A program made the position numbers and the translations under genes. 64,000 nt of DNA from the NCBI GenBank assembly GCA_965203445.1, contig OZ241883.1, positions 1,248,001-1,312,000 of the forward strand, given 5' to 3'. Numbering within the stretch: the first letter of the stretch is position 1; every line of letters begins with the position of its first letter. The DNA is from Candidatus Oxydemutator sp. GTDB lineage: Bacteria > Pseudomonadota > Gammaproteobacteria > Poriferisulfidales > Oxydemutatoraceae. Positions 53,902 to 64,000 of this stretch are shown here, in pieces. A model generated the notes under the pieces. That model had not been told where the DNA came from. It saw only the letters and a program-made list of their open reading frames with translations, and ran no database searches.

Positions 53902-54030
53902 TCAAGTGCCGGTGTAGCGCAGCGCGAACTGCGTGATGTCGTCGTAGCGCGGGGCTTCGCCGCGAAATTCCTCGACTGGGTGCCACACCAGGTCCACCAC
54001 CCCGCGCGGCGTCAGCGTGCCACCGCTGCC
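53902..54030 (-). pseudogene. C-terminal remnant of a SpoIIE/RsbU PP2C phosphatase
   Basis: Manual translation gives TPRGVVDLVWHPVEEFRGEAPRYDDITQFALRYTGT*. An in-frame stop lies just upstream, near 54070. Confidence 0.7.
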
Positions 54031-54083
54031 ACGGAGGTGTATAGGGCCAGAAACATTCTGGACAATATCTTAGCCGCAGAAAG

Positions 54084-54622
54084 GTAGCCGACGTTTGCCG
54101 CCTGGTGGACGCCAATCCGGTGGCGTGGCGCGGGACGCCCCTCGACCGGGAACAAGTGCGCGCGCGCTGCCGGGATCGCTCGCTGCTCTCGATCATGGCC
54201 GCGATCTACGATCAGCACGCCGCCGATTGCGGTGCCGCCGACTGGGTGAACAAGAGTCTCGCCAACGTCCATTATCTCGACGAGATAGCCGCGCACTTCG
54301 ACGGAGACGCCAGGTTCGTCTATCTCTACCGTGACGGGCGCGACGTCGCGCTGTCGTTCCAGAGGGCGGTCGTCGGCGAGAAGCACGTGTACTCGATAGC
54401 CGGGCAATGGCACCGCGATCAGCAGGCCGCGCTGTCCTTCTGCCGCGGCCACGAGGCCGCCGTTTTCCGCGTCGCCTACGAGGAACTGACCACCGCGCCG
54501 CGCCCGCTGCTCGAGAGGATGTGCGATTTTCTCGGCGTCGGTTTCGATCCGGCCATGCTTGAGGCGCACGCCTCGGACGAGGCCGCCGCGACCTCGAGCG
54601 CCGGCGAGCTGTGGTGCAACGT
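54084..54622 (+). pseudogene. Internal fragment of a sulfotransferase
   Basis: WVNKS, FVYLYRDGRDVALSF, VAYEEL, CDFLGVGFDPAML. No 5'-PSB motif seen; homology ends at LWCNV. Confidence 0.75.
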
Positions 54623-55479
54623 GCCGTGTTCGGCGGCATCATTCCGGCGGTGGTGGCGGTGATCCTGCAAGCCGGATGGAACATCGCGCGCAAAAACGTG
54701 ACCGGCGTCAAGCCGTTCGCGTTGGCGGCCGCGGCCGCGATTATCCTGATCAAGGGTTTTTACGTGACGCTGGCGGTGATCTTCATCGCCGGTCTGGTCG
54801 GGCCGTTGCTGTTCCGCGACGGCGCGGACGCAGGCGCGGGCGCCAAGGCCGCGCCGCCGCCGGGCGCCGCCGCGCGCGTCCTGCAATGGTCGTTCTCGGC
54901 GTCGCTGGCCGCGATGCTGCTGCTGTTTCTGTTGCCGTTGCCCGATTTCATTCGCGCCTCCCCGTTGGCGCACGTGTTCACGACCTTCTCCGGCATGAGC
55001 CTGACGCTGTTTGGGGCGGCTACGTGTTCATCCCGATGATCCAGAAGATCGTGGTCGAGGGTTACCGCTGGATCAGCGCCGATCAATTCAACGTCGCTAT
55101 CGCGCTCGGTCAGATCACACCGGGACCTATTCTGGTAAGCGCGACCTTCATCGGTTACAAGGTGGCCGGCCTGGCCGGCGCGCTCGTCGCCACCGTCGGT
55201 ATCTTCGTGCCGCCGGCGATGCTGATCGTGCTCGCCACGCACTGGCTCGACCGCATGCGCTCGCCGTTGTTGCAGCGCGCGCTGCGCGGCATCCGCGTCG
55301 CCGTTTGCGGCATGATCTTTGCCGCCGCCGCGCTGATCGCGCAGACGGTCGACAGGGAATGGCAGGCGCTGGCGGTGTTCGTGCCGGCGTTGGCGGCGTT
55401 GTTCTACTGGAAGCTCACGCCAGTGCTGGTGATTCCGGCGGCGGGCGCGCTCGGCCTGCTGCTACAGCGGATGACCTGA
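54623..55479 (+). pseudogene. chrA: ChrA chromate-transporter family gene, 5'-truncated and frameshifted
   Basis: GIIPAVVAVIL...SLTLFG in one frame, then GGYVFIP...GQITPGPI in another. Shift near 55013. Confidence 0.8.
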
Positions 55480-55516
55480 AGGCGCGCCCGGCGGCGCCCG
55501 CCGGGCCGGGAGGCCC

Positions 55517-55855
55517 TCAGCCGTTCAGGAATTCGACGTCTTTGCGCGAGGGGTAGGTCTTGATGATCTGGCTGAATCCGGAGACCTGAAAAATCTCCTC
55601 GACCAATTCGTTCAGGTCGCACAACCCGAATTCGCGCTGGTCCTTGCGCATCGTTTTGGCGATGATCAGGAACACGCGCAAGCCCGCGCTGCTGATGAAA
55701 TCTATTTGCGAGAGATCAATCAGTACGTCGCTGTCGCCCTCCTGCTCGATGGTCTCGTTGACCAGGCGCTGGAACACCGGCGCATTTTCGTGTTCTATCT
55801 TTCCCTGGGGCGAAAGCACCCATACGTTGTTGATCTTTTCCTTCGTTATTTCCAT
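55517..55855 (-). CDS. STAS-domain anti-anti-sigma factor (RsbV-like)
   Basis: IDLSQIDFISSAGLRVFL, EIFQVSGF. Confidence 0.92.
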   Translation of the reverse strand: MEITKEKINNVWVLSPQGKIEHENAPVFQRLVNETIEQEGDSDVLIDLSQIDFISSAGLRVFLIIAKTMRKDQREFGLCDLNELVEEIFQVSGFSQIIKTYPSRKDVEFLNG

Positions 55856-55938
55856 GAGTCGGATGCCGCGGGATCGAACCGGTTTCGGGGTAAGGCGGCG
55901 ATTATACCATTGGCCTTTGCGCTGCTACGGCGCGCCGC

Positions 55939-56808
55939 TCAGCTTTCCGGGACGCAGCCCAGCTCGCAGCCCATTTTGACCGCTACTCCTGATAGATACA
56001 GGGGGTTCCAGACGAGCGCGCGGTTGTCGGTCAGCAACACCACGGTCGAACCGAGATGGAAGCACCCCAACTCCTGGCCGCGCTCCAGGGTGACACCGGT
56101 CGCGCCGCCGTCGTAGCGAAAAAACGACGCGCCGTGCGAGCGCGGCGTGACCAGTCCGTGCCAGGCGGTCTCTATCGCACCGACGTTGACGGCGCCGATC
56201 ATCACCACCGCGAGCTTGCCGAGCGCGCCATCGAAGACGCATGCGACGCGCTCGTTCCTCGCGTACAGGCGCGGGATGGTGCGCGTCGCGTACGGTGCGA
56301 CGCTGAACAGCCGCCCGGGCACGTGTATCATCTCCTCGAGCACGCCCGTCGCCGGCATGTGTACGCGGTGGCAGTCCGCGGGCGACAGGTAGATGGCGCA
56401 GAACCCGCCGCGCTCGAAGTGCGCGCCGGCGCGCGGCCCGAGCAGCTCGGCGGCGTCGTAGGTTCTGTCTTTCGCCTGCACCAGCCGATGCGCCTCGAAA
56501 TTGCCTATCTGCACGATGGTGCCGTCGCACGGCGCCGCCAGCGCGCGCTCCTGCGTGCAGATTGCACGCGCCCCCGGGCGCAGGCGGCGCGTGAAGAACG
56601 CGTCGAAGCTGGCGTAGGCGCCGGCGTCGGTCTCCTCGGCCTCGCTCAGGTCTACGTCGAAGCGGCGGACGAACAGGCGCACCAGCGGCTGCACCAGCGG
56701 CGTCTCGAGGCGCGCAAGAAAAAACGTCAACCGCGACACCCAATGATGGGGGAAGCAGTAAAACAGCCACGCCCTGTATCGTTCCCAACGGGTTGTCTCT
56801 TGCATCAT
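55939..56808 (-). CDS. psd: Phosphatidylserine decarboxylase
   Basis: [28 protein letters not shown] and the self-cleavage motif FHLGSTV. Confidence 0.92.
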   Translation of the reverse strand: MMQETTRWERYRAWLFYCFPHHWVSRLTFFLARLETPLVQPLVRLFVRRFDVDLSEAEETDAGAYASFDAFFTRRLRPGARAICTQERALAAPCDGTIVQIGNFEAHRLVQAKDRTYDAAELLGPRAGAHFERGGFCAIYLSPADCHRVHMPATGVLEEMIHVPGRLFSVAPYATRTIPRLYARNERVACVFDGALGKLAVVMIGAVNVGAIETAWHGLVTPRSHGASFFRYDGGATGVTLERGQELGCFHLGSTVVLLTDNRALVWNPLYLSGVAVKMGCELGCVPES

Positions 56809-56886
56809 GCGAAGTTCCGATTGTCTTTGCAAAGAAGCCGAGCGTACTTTACCCCACTATCGTGGTTCCTTGCTACAATCCGCCGC

Positions 56887-57984
56887 ATGTCCGGCAACAC
56901 CACGGGAAGATTGTTCAGCGTCACCAGTTTCGGCGAGAGCCACGGCGCCGCCATCGGCTGCATAGTGGACGGCTGTCCGCCTGGGCTGGCGCTGGCCGAG
57001 GACGACTTGCAGATCGAGCTCGAACGCAGACGCCCGGGGCGCAGCCGCCACACCACGCAGCGGCGCGAACCGGACCGAGTGCGTATTCTATCCGGCGTTT
57101 TCGAGGGGCGCACGACCGGCGCGCCCGTCGGCCTGCTGATAGAGAACGTTGACCAGAGGCCCAAGGATTACTCGGGCATCAAGGACCTGTTCCGTCCGGG
57201 GCACGCCGATTACACCTACATGAAGAAGTACGGGATACGCGACTATCGCGGCGGCGGGCGCTCGTCGGCGCGCGAGACCGCGACGCGCGTGGCCGCGGGC
57301 GCGATCGCCAGGAAGTATCTGCGCGAGCGTCTCGGCATCGGCATAAAGGCGTATCTCACCCAGCTGGGGCCGATATTGATCGACTTCGTGGACGCCGACG
57401 CGATCGAGGACAACCCGTTTTTCTGCCCCGACCCGGCGCGCGTCGCCGAACTCGAGGACTACGTGGATCGTCTGCGGCGCGCCGGCGACTCGATAGGCGC
57501 GCGCCTGCACGCGACCGCGACCAACGTGCCGGCGGGGCTGGGCGAACCGGTGTTCGACCGCTTGGACGCCGACGTGGCGCACGCGATGATGAGCATCAAC
57601 GCGGTCAAGGCGGTGGGCATCGGCGCCGGTTTCGGCTGCGTCGAGCAGACCGGTTCCGAGCACCGCGACGAGATCACCGCGCGCGGCTTTTTGAGCAACA
57701 ACGCGGGCGGCGTGTTGGGCGGCGTGTCCAGCGGCCAGAATCTCGAGGTCGACGTGGCCTTCAAGCCGACCTCGAGCATCCGCGTCCCCGGACGGACGCT
57801 GGACGTCGACGGGCGCGAGCGCGAGATCGTGACCACCGGACGCCACGACCCGTGCGTCGCGCTGCGCGCCGCGCCCATCGTCGAGGCCATGCTGGCCCTG
57901 GTGCTGATGGACCACTGGCTGAGGCACCGCGCGCAGAACGCCGGCGCCGCGCGCGCCGAAGCCGCCCGCCGCGGCGCGTCGTAA
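56887..57984 (+). CDS. aroC: Chorismate synthase
   Basis: [36 protein letters not shown] at 56887. Confidence 0.97.
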   Translation: MSGNTTGRLFSVTSFGESHGAAIGCIVDGCPPGLALAEDDLQIELERRRPGRSRHTTQRREPDRVRILSGVFEGRTTGAPVGLLIENVDQRPKDYSGIKDLFRPGHADYTYMKKYGIRDYRGGGRSSARETATRVAAGAIARKYLRERLGIGIKAYLTQLGPILIDFVDADAIEDNPFFCPDPARVAELEDYVDRLRRAGDSIGARLHATATNVPAGLGEPVFDRLDADVAHAMMSINAVKAVGIGAGFGCVEQTGSEHRDEITARGFLSNNAGGVLGGVSSGQNLEVDVAFKPTSSIRVPGRTLDVDGREREIVTTGRHDPCVALRAAPIVEAMLALVLMDHWLRHRAQNAGAARAEAARRGAS

Positions 57985-57994
57985 GTCCGCCACG

Positions 57995-59206
57995 GTGCGC
58001 AGCCGCTTCGTCAGAATCTCGGCCTTTTATTTTTTCTATTTCGCGGTGTTAGGCGTCTATCTGCCGTATTGGCCGCTGTACCTGAAGGACGCGGGTTACG
58101 CGCCGCGCCAGATCGGCGAGTTGATGGCGCTGGTGTTGGCGGCCAAGATCATCGCGCCGTATCTGTGGGCCTGGCTAGGCGATCATACGCGCCGCCGCCT
58201 CTCGATCATACGCGCCGCGACGTTTCTGGCGTGCGCTTCGTTCGCGCTGACGTTCGCCGGCGGCGGCTACTACTGGCTTGCGTTCGCGTTGTTCCTGTTC
58301 AGTTTTTTCTGGAACGCGTCGTTGCCGCAGCTCGAGGTGGTGACGATAGACAGCCTTAAGTACCGCGCGCACAACTACAGCCGCATCCGCCTGTGGGGTT
58401 CGATAGGCTTCATCGCGTTGGCGGTCGTCGCGGCGCCGCTGATCGCGGCCTTCGGCAGCCGCCTGACGCCGTGGCTGATCGTCTCGGTGCTGGTCGCGCT
58501 GTGGCTGGCCAGCGTCGGCCTGCCCGACGGCCGCGCACGCCCACCGCCGGTCGCCGTGCGCGGTCTGTTCTCGGCCTGCAATCGGCGCATAGCGGCGCTG
58601 CTTGCGATTTGTTTCCTGATGCAGCTGACGCACGGCCCCTATTACACGTTCTTCACGATTTTCATGGAGGAGCACGGCTACAGCCGCGCCGTGATCGGGC
58701 AGTTCTGGGCGGTCGGCGTCGCCGCCGAGGTGGCCGTGTTGTGGTTCGTCGGGCGCCTGCTGCCGAGCACCGGCGCGGTGTCGCTGTTGCTGCTGGCAAT
58801 CGTGGCGACGGCGCTGCGCTGGCTGCTGCTCGCGACGTTTCCGGAGCAGGTCGCGGTCGTCGTGTTCTCGCAGAGTCTGCACGCGGTCACCTTCGGCATC
58901 TATCACGCGGCGATGATCCATCTCGTCTCGCGCCTGTTTCCCGCCGGCCTCGAGAGTCGCGGCCAGGCTTTGTACGCGTCGCTGAGCTTCGGCGTCGGCG
59001 GCGGCCTGGGCACGTGGCTTGCCGGTCTGCTGTGGGAGCCGCTCTCCGGCAGCGGCCTGTTCCTGGTATCAGCCGCCGCGGCCCTGACCCCGCTGCTGTT
59101 CCTGCCCGTGCTCGTCCGCAAAACCCCCGCCTCCATAGAGGTTCGTCATTCCCGCGAAAGCGGGAACCCGGTCAAAAAATCAGGCGACAACGCCGCCTCG
59201 CGCTAA
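57995..59206 (+). CDS. MFS transporter (HcaT/nucleoside permease-like)
   Basis: About 12 TM segments; YSRIRLWGSIGF, RGQALY. Confidence 0.88.
   Translation: MRSRFVRISAFYFFYFAVLGVYLPYWPLYLKDAGYAPRQIGELMALVLAAKIIAPYLWAWLGDHTRRRLSIIRAATFLACASFALTFAGGGYYWLAFALFLFSFFWNASLPQLEVVTIDSLKYRAHNYSRIRLWGSIGFIALAVVAAPLIAAFGSRLTPWLIVSVLVALWLASVGLPDGRARPPPVAVRGLFSACNRRIAALLAICFLMQLTHGPYYTFFTIFMEEHGYSRAVIGQFWAVGVAAEVAVLWFVGRLLPSTGAVSLLLLAIVATALRWLLLATFPEQVAVVVFSQSLHAVTFGIYHAAMIHLVSRLFPAGLESRGQALYASLSFGVGGGLGTWLAGLLWEPLSGSGLFLVSAAAALTPLLFLPVLVRKTPASIEVRHSRESGNPVKKSGDNAASR
59144..59173 (+). repeat. Palindromic dispersed repeat, copy 2, inside the 3' end of the MFS gene
   Basis: CGTCATTCCCGCGAAAGCGGGAACCCGGTC, translated as RHSRESGNPV. 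Confidence 0.75.
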
Positions 59207-59291
59207 AGGGGAAAGGCAAGAAGCGGTGACGTTGACACAGGAGTCGTCCAACCGAATTCCCGCGCCGGCGCGAGTAACGATTGGGGGGCGG

Positions 59292-59972
59292 TCACGGCCC
59301 TGGATAGATTACCGGTTCCGGGTCTATGCTGCGCCATAAGTACCAGGTGGCAACGGTGCGCCACGGTCGCCAGTTTGCGGTGATCACGGCGCGACGGGCT
59401 TTGCCGAGCGGGCGCCGGCGGGCGTATTGGCGCTCTATCGCCTGCACCAGGCCGAGGTCGCCCAGGGGCAGCACGTCGGGGTGTTGCAGATAGAAGATCG
59501 CGAACATCTCGAAAGTCCACGCACCGATTCCCGGAATGGCGAGCAGCGCGTCGCGCACCTGGTCGAAATCGCGCGTTCGGAAATAGCGGCGCGTTACGCG
59601 CTCGTGGACGAAGAAACGCGCGACGTTCTTCAGGTATGCCGACTTTTGCCGCGACAGGCCGCAGCGGTATAGCGTGTCGAAACGGCAACGGTGCAGACGT
59701 CGGGGGGCGACGGCGCCGAAGTGCGCAAGCAGCCGGCCCCAGATGCTGTCCGCGGCCTTCAGTGAAATCTGCTGGCCGACGATCGCGCGGCACAACGTCG
59801 CAAACGGGTCGCCACCGCCGCGCAGGTGGCAGCCGCCGTATTCCCTGATCAGGCGCGCCATCACCGGATCGCGCCGCGACAGCTCGGCGCAGGCGCGCGC
59901 CCAATAGGGGGGCGGCTTGCCGCCACCCTGTTTGTTACGTGCGGGCGGCGGCCGGCCGCGCCGTTCAGCCAC
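59292..59972 (-). CDS. DNA-3-methyladenine glycosylase (AlkA/HhH-GPD family)
   Basis: AIVGQQIS, IPGIGAWT, DVLPLGDLGL, WRPWRTVATWYLW. Confidence 0.9.
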   Translation of the reverse strand: MAERRGRPPPARNKQGGGKPPPYWARACAELSRRDPVMARLIREYGGCHLRGGGDPFATLCRAIVGQQISLKAADSIWGRLLAHFGAVAPRRLHRCRFDTLYRCGLSRQKSAYLKNVARFFVHERVTRRYFRTRDFDQVRDALLAIPGIGAWTFEMFAIFYLQHPDVLPLGDLGLVQAIERQYARRRPLGKARRAVITANWRPWRTVATWYLWRSIDPEPVIYPGP

Positions 59973-61815
59973 GCGCCCTCCCTCCTTCCTGCGCGCGTTC
60001 GGCTTGTTGCAGTTCCCAGAACGTGCGGTAGAGACCGCCGTGCGCCAGCAGTTGCGCGTGTGTGCCGCGCTCGACGATGCGCCCGTGCTCCATGACCAGA
60101 ATGAGGTCGGCGTTCACGACGGTGGACAGGCGGTGCGCGATGATCAGCGTCGTGATACCCGCCGACGCGCGCGCCAGCGCCTGCAGGATGGCGCGTTCCG
60201 AGCGCGAATCGAGGCTGGCGGTGGCCTCGTCGAAGACCAGGATGGATGGTTTTTTCAACACCGCGCGCGCAATCGCGATCTTCTGCCTTTCGCCGCCGGA
60301 GAGTTTCAGCCCGCGTTCGCCGACCATCGTGTCGTAGCCGTCGGGCAGGCGCGCGATGAAGTCCTCGAGGTCGGCGACGCGCACCGCCGCGCGCACCTGC
60401 TCTCGGCCGGCACCGGGCCAGCCGTAGAGTACGTTGTCGTAGATCGAGCGGTTGAACAACACCGTGTCCTGCGCGACGACGCCGATGAGGCGGCGCAGGC
60501 CGGCCTGGGTGTAGTCGCGCACGTCGCGCCCGCCGACGATGATGCGCCCGCGCTGCACGTCGTAAAAACGGAACAACAGCCGCGCCAGCGTGGACTTGCC
60601 CGCGCCCGAGGCGCCGACGACCGCGACCCGGGCGCCGGCGGGCACCGCGAAGTCGGCGCGCTCGATGATCTCGCGCCCCGGCCGGTAGTGAAAGCCGACG
60701 TTCTCGAACGTGACGTCGCGCGCGTCGGCGTCCGGTTCGACCGCGCCGGCGCGATCGCGCACCTCCTGACGCTGGTCGAGCAGGCGGATGATCAGGTCCA
60801 TGTCGGCCAGCGCGTAGCGCAGCGCCCGATAGACGACGCCCAGCATGCCGAGCGGCAGGAACAGTTGCAGCATCATCGTGTTGACCAGGATCAGGTCGCC
60901 CAGGGTCAAGTCGCCGGCGACGACGCCCGCGGCCGCGAAGAACATCACCGAGGTGACGCCGACGGCGATGATCAGTCCCTGGCCGAAGTTCAGCGCCGAC
61001 ATCGTCGTCTGGCTCATGACCGCGGTCTGCTCCCATTCCTTCAGGATCTCGCCGTAGCGTCGACATTCGAGGTCTTCGTTGTTGAAGTACTTGACGGTCT
61101 CGTAGTTGATGACGCTGTCCACCGCGAGCTGGTTGGCGCGCGAGTCGAGCTCGTTCATGCGGTAGCGAAAGCGCACGCGCCAGTTCGTGAACAGCACCGT
61201 GAAGCCGACGTAGATTGCGACCGTCGCGAACACCGCGGCCCCGAAGCGCGCCGGGTAGAGGCCGAACAGATAAAGCGCCACGAACGCGAACTCGGCCGCC
61301 ACCGGCAGGATATGGAACGCGAGATAGTTGAGTATCGTGGCGACGCTCTGGGTGCCGCGTTCGAGGTCGCGGAACACCGCGCCGGTCTCGCGCGCAAGAT
61401 GAAAGCGCAGCGACAGATGGTGCAGGTGCGCCAGTACCTTGAGCGACAGGCGGCGCATCGCGCGGTAGCGCACGCGCGCGAACACCGCGTCGCGCAGCTC
61501 GTTGAACAGCGAGGCGGCCATGCGCAGCGCGCCGTAGGCCAGCAGAAACACGACCGGCAGCACCAAGGTCCTGCCTTGCGCGGTGTCGAACGCGTCCACG
61601 ATCTGCTTCAGCACCAGCGGCACGCCGATGACCGCGAGCTTGGCGGCGATCAGACAGCCCAACGCCAGCAGCACGCGCCCGCGATATTCCCACAGGTACG
61701 GCAGGATGCGTCGCAGATTGCGCCAGTCGGTGCGCTCGCCGTGCGCCGCACCGACGCGCCGCAGCCGCGGCGAGATCACGCGCGACGAGGCCGCCTGGCT
61801 GCGGATTCCGTCCAC
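59965..61815 (-). CDS. ATM1/HMT-type ABC transporter (fused permease and ATPase); start approximate
   Basis: LSLRFHLARETG, INYETVKYF, GASGAGKS, LSGGERQ, FDEAT. Confidence 0.88.
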   Translation of the reverse strand: MDGIRSQAASSRVISPRLRRVGAAHGERTDWRNLRRILPYLWEYRGRVLLALGCLIAAKLAVIGVPLVLKQIVDAFDTAQGRTLVLPVVFLLAYGALRMAASLFNELRDAVFARVRYRAMRRLSLKVLAHLHHLSLRFHLARETGAVFRDLERGTQSVATILNYLAFHILPVAAEFAFVALYLFGLYPARFGAAVFATVAIYVGFTVLFTNWRVRFRYRMNELDSRANQLAVDSVINYETVKYFNNEDLECRRYGEILKEWEQTAVMSQTTMSALNFGQGLIIAVGVTSVMFFAAAGVVAGDLTLGDLILVNTMMLQLFLPLGMLGVVYRALRYALADMDLIIRLLDQRQEVRDRAGAVEPDADARDVTFENVGFHYRPGREIIERADFAVPAGARVAVVGASGAGKSTLARLLFRFYDVQRGRIIVGGRDVRDYTQAGLRRLIGVVAQDTVLFNRSIYDNVLYGWPGAGREQVRAAVRVADLEDFIARLPDGYDTMVGERGLKLSGGERQKIAIARAVLKKPSILVFDEATASLDSRSERAILQALARASAGITTLIIAHRLSTVVNADLILVMEHGRIVERGTHAQLLAHGGLYRTFWELQQAERAQEGGRARG

Positions 61816-61819
61816 CGTC

Positions 61820-62809
61820 TCAGTGGTCGCGCGCGACCACGAAATCGGCCAACGCCGCAAGCGCGTCCCCGTCGGCGTCGGCGGCGAGCGGAGCAAGGCG
61901 TTCGCGCGCGCGCGCGGCGTAGTCTTGTGCGCGCCGTCTCGTGTAATCAAACGCACCGTTGGTCTCGAGCACCGCAAGCGCCCGCTCGAAGTCGTCGCCG
62001 GTGGCGTCGCCGCGCCCGAAGACGCGCCGCAACAAGGCCTTTTCTTCCAGTGCGCACCGTGCGTGCGCGTGGATGAACGGCAGCGTCGGCTTGCCCTCGG
62101 CCAAGTCTTGCCCGCGCGTCTTGCCAGTGGCGGCGCCAGTGTAGTCGAGCAGGTCGTCCGTCAGCTGGAAGGAAAGCCCCAGGTGCAGGCCGTAGCCTTC
62201 CAGGGTCTCGGCGAGCGGCGGCGCGGCGTCCGCGATCATCGCCGCGGTGCGACAGGCCGCGGCGAACAGCGTCGCAGTCTTGCGCTCGATCACGCCCAGA
62301 TATTCGTCCTCGCCGGTGTCGGCGCGGCGCACCTGCACCAGCTGGCGCACCTCGCCCTCGGCGATCACGTTCGTCGCCCGCGTCAGCGTGGCGAGCGCGC
62401 CGGCGTGGCCGATCTCGCACATCATCTCGAACGCGCGCGAATACAGAAAGTCGCCGACCAGCACGCTGGCGGCGTTGCCCCAGATGTTTTTCGCGGTCTC
62501 GCGCCCGCGTCGCAGCGCCGAATCGTCCACCACGTCATCGTGCAGCAGGGTCGCGGCGTGGATGAACTCGACGACCGCCGCCAGCTGCACGTGGTCGCGG
62601 CGCACGCCGCCGCAGGCGCGCGCCGCCAGCAGCACCAGCGCCGGGCGCAGGCGTTTGCCGCCGCCGGCGACGTGGTCGGCGAGGCGGTTGATCAGGTCGA
62701 CGTCGGATCGCAGGCGCCGCCCGATCACGGCGTCCACCTGCTGCAACTCGTCGTTGATCTGCCGCGTTATTTGGGAAATGGTAAGCCGGGAACCATGCAC
62801 CGTGGCCAT
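61820..62809 (-). CDS. ispB: Octaprenyl-diphosphate synthase
   Basis: GGKRLRP, LLHDDVVD, FQLTDDLLD, DLAEGKPTLP. Divergent from the rplU unit. Confidence 0.92.
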   Translation of the reverse strand: MATVHGSRLTISQITRQINDELQQVDAVIGRRLRSDVDLINRLADHVAGGGKRLRPALVLLAARACGGVRRDHVQLAAVVEFIHAATLLHDDVVDDSALRRGRETAKNIWGNAASVLVGDFLYSRAFEMMCEIGHAGALATLTRATNVIAEGEVRQLVQVRRADTGEDEYLGVIERKTATLFAAACRTAAMIADAAPPLAETLEGYGLHLGLSFQLTDDLLDYTGAATGKTRGQDLAEGKPTLPFIHAHARCALEEKALLRRVFGRGDATGDDFERALAVLETNGAFDYTRRRAQDYAARARERLAPLAADADGDALAALADFVVARDH

Positions 62810-62824
62810 TGTAGCACCAGGCAC

Positions 62825-62852
62825 TTGCACACGAGGGTGGGACGGCTATAAT
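62825..62852 (+). promoter_or_regulatory. Sigma70-type promoter for the ORF62903-rplU-rpmA unit
   Basis: TTGCAC-N16-TATAAT. Confidence 0.55.
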
Positions 62853-62902
62853 GAAAGTTGCGTCCATGCCCCCGTACGGGCAGTCATCAGGAGGAAAACA
62901 CA

Positions 62903-63205
62903 GTGGCCGAGCAGGAGCAACAAACCGAGTTCCCCCAAATTGATTTCGACCAGTTGCCGGATATGCGCGAGACCGTCGCCGGCATCGTCGGGCTGATGTG
63001 CTACTCGGACGCGCAGCTGCGTTCCACGTTGTTGGACGAGGGCATGAACAGCGACAACATAGACATGATCATGGACAAAGGCAGTGCCTTCTACAAGCAG
63101 TTGGGCAAGGACGTGCCCGACCTGTCGTGGATGAGGGACACTACGTTCAACGTCCACAAAAACAACGAAAACACCTACGTAATCCCGCTGCCGCACACGG
63201 AATAG
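62903..63205 (+). CDS. Acidic 100-aa protein resembling an NHLP (nitrile hydratase-like) leader
   Basis: Strong SD AGGAGG before GTG; host-like codon usage; CYSDAQLRSTLL and VHKNNENTYVIPLP. Confidence 0.7.
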   Translation: MAEQEQQTEFPQIDFDQLPDMRETVAGIVGLMCYSDAQLRSTLLDEGMNSDNIDMIMDKGSAFYKQLGKDVPDLSWMRDTTFNVHKNNENTYVIPLPHTE

Positions 63206-63240
63206 CGGGGAAACGGTTTAAGAAAGACGGGGGAACGGGC

Positions 63241-63552
63241 ATGTACGCGGTAATCGCCGCCGGCGGCAGACAATACAAGGTCTCGCCCGGAGACGTTATC
63301 GAGGTCGAGAAGCTGGCCGAGGAAGAAGGCGGCGAGATTGTCTTCGACAAGGTGCTGTTGGTTCACGACGGCGCTGCCCTTGATATCGGCACCCCCTACG
63401 TCGAGAGCGTTTCGGTGTCCGGCAAGGTCGTCGCGCACGGCCGCGGCCGCAAAATCGGGGTGACCAAGTTCAAGCGCCGCAAGCGCTACCTGCGCCGCCT
63501 CGGTCACCGCCAGCCGTTCACCTCGGTCGAGATCACCGGCATCGCCTCCTGA
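63241..63552 (+). CDS. rplU: 50S ribosomal protein L21
   Basis: [14 protein letters not shown]...GHRQPFT. Confidence 0.97.
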   Translation: MYAVIAAGGRQYKVSPGDVIEVEKLAEEEGGEIVFDKVLLVHDGAALDIGTPYVESVSVSGKVVAHGRGRKIGVTKFKRRKRYLRRLGHRQPFTSVEITGIAS

Positions 63553-63567
63553 CGCGGGGACCTCGGC

Positions 63568-63825
63568 GTGGCACACAAAAAAGCCGGCGGCAGCACGCGC
63601 AACGGGCGCGATTCCCGCTCCAAGCGTCTCGGCGTCAAGAAATTCGGCGGCGAGGCGGTGCGCGCCGGCAACATTCTCGTGCGCCAGCGCGGCACGCATT
63701 TTCACGCCGGCGACAACGTCGGCTGCGGCAACGACCACACGCTGTTCGCGCTGATCGAGGGGCGCGTCGCGTTTGCGCGCAAGGGGCCGCGGCGGCGCCG
63801 CTACGTCCACGTCGTTCCGGTCTGA
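63568..63825 (+). CDS. rpmA: 50S ribosomal protein L27
   Basis: [20 protein letters not shown]. Confidence 0.98.
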   Translation: MAHKKAGGSTRNGRDSRSKRLGVKKFGGEAVRAGNILVRQRGTHFHAGDNVGCGNDHTLFALIEGRVAFARKGPRRRRYVHVVPV

Positions 63826-63935
63826 ATTGCTCCCGAGTTGTCCTTGAGTCGTTCTTGAGTCGAATTTCCCGGCCGCTCTGAGACAAGGCGTATGCCTGCC
63901 CGCCCCGCCGTCGCCGCGCGCGGCGCTTCCCTCCG

Positions 63936-64000
63936 ATGAAGTTCGTTGACGAGACTGAAATCACGATCACCGCCGGCGACGGCGGGAGCGGCTGCGTCAG
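63936..64000 (+). CDS. obgE: GTPase ObgE/CgtA, 3'-partial
   Basis: MKFVDETEITITAGDGGSGCV, downstream of rpmA. Confidence 0.9.
   Translation, partial: MKFVDETEITITAGDGGSGCV

Noticed and set aside
63830-63865. Short direct repeat CTTGAGTCG between rpmA and obgE
   Set aside because: Only two exact copies and no supporting context.

Overview
GC-rich chromosomal segment, probably gammaproteobacterial (ispB-rplU-rpmA-obgE, psd, aroC, kdkA-waaA-tolC, hldE/waaF/hldD, ilvE, thiC, fbpABC). The dominant feature is a 22 kb ORF (7350 aa) inside the LPS-core gene cluster. It is built from 11 tandem modules, each with a Cys-containing cap, a GLUG-type repeat array and a cadherin-like beta-sandwich; modules 1-10 also have an Ig-like domain. 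In modules 1-10 the framework DNA is near-identical, but three positions and the exposed GLUG codons are hypervariable and aromatic-rich, and one position is a Cys-flanked loop. The layout resembles an antibody- or VLR-like binder repertoire within one surface protein; that function is inferred, not shown. Other accessory elements: a partial RHS protein with a ~250 aa helical insert and no adjacent immunity gene, two orphan DNA methyltransferases, a stand-alone ATPase-TOPRIM-like gene, a decayed RsbU/sulfotransferase/ChrA mosaic between RsbW- and RsbV-like genes, and a coreless NHLP-leader-like ORF just upstream of rplU. No rRNA, tRNA, CRISPR array, integrase, transposase or reverse transcriptase was recognised. 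All calls come from motif recognition by eye, with no database search.
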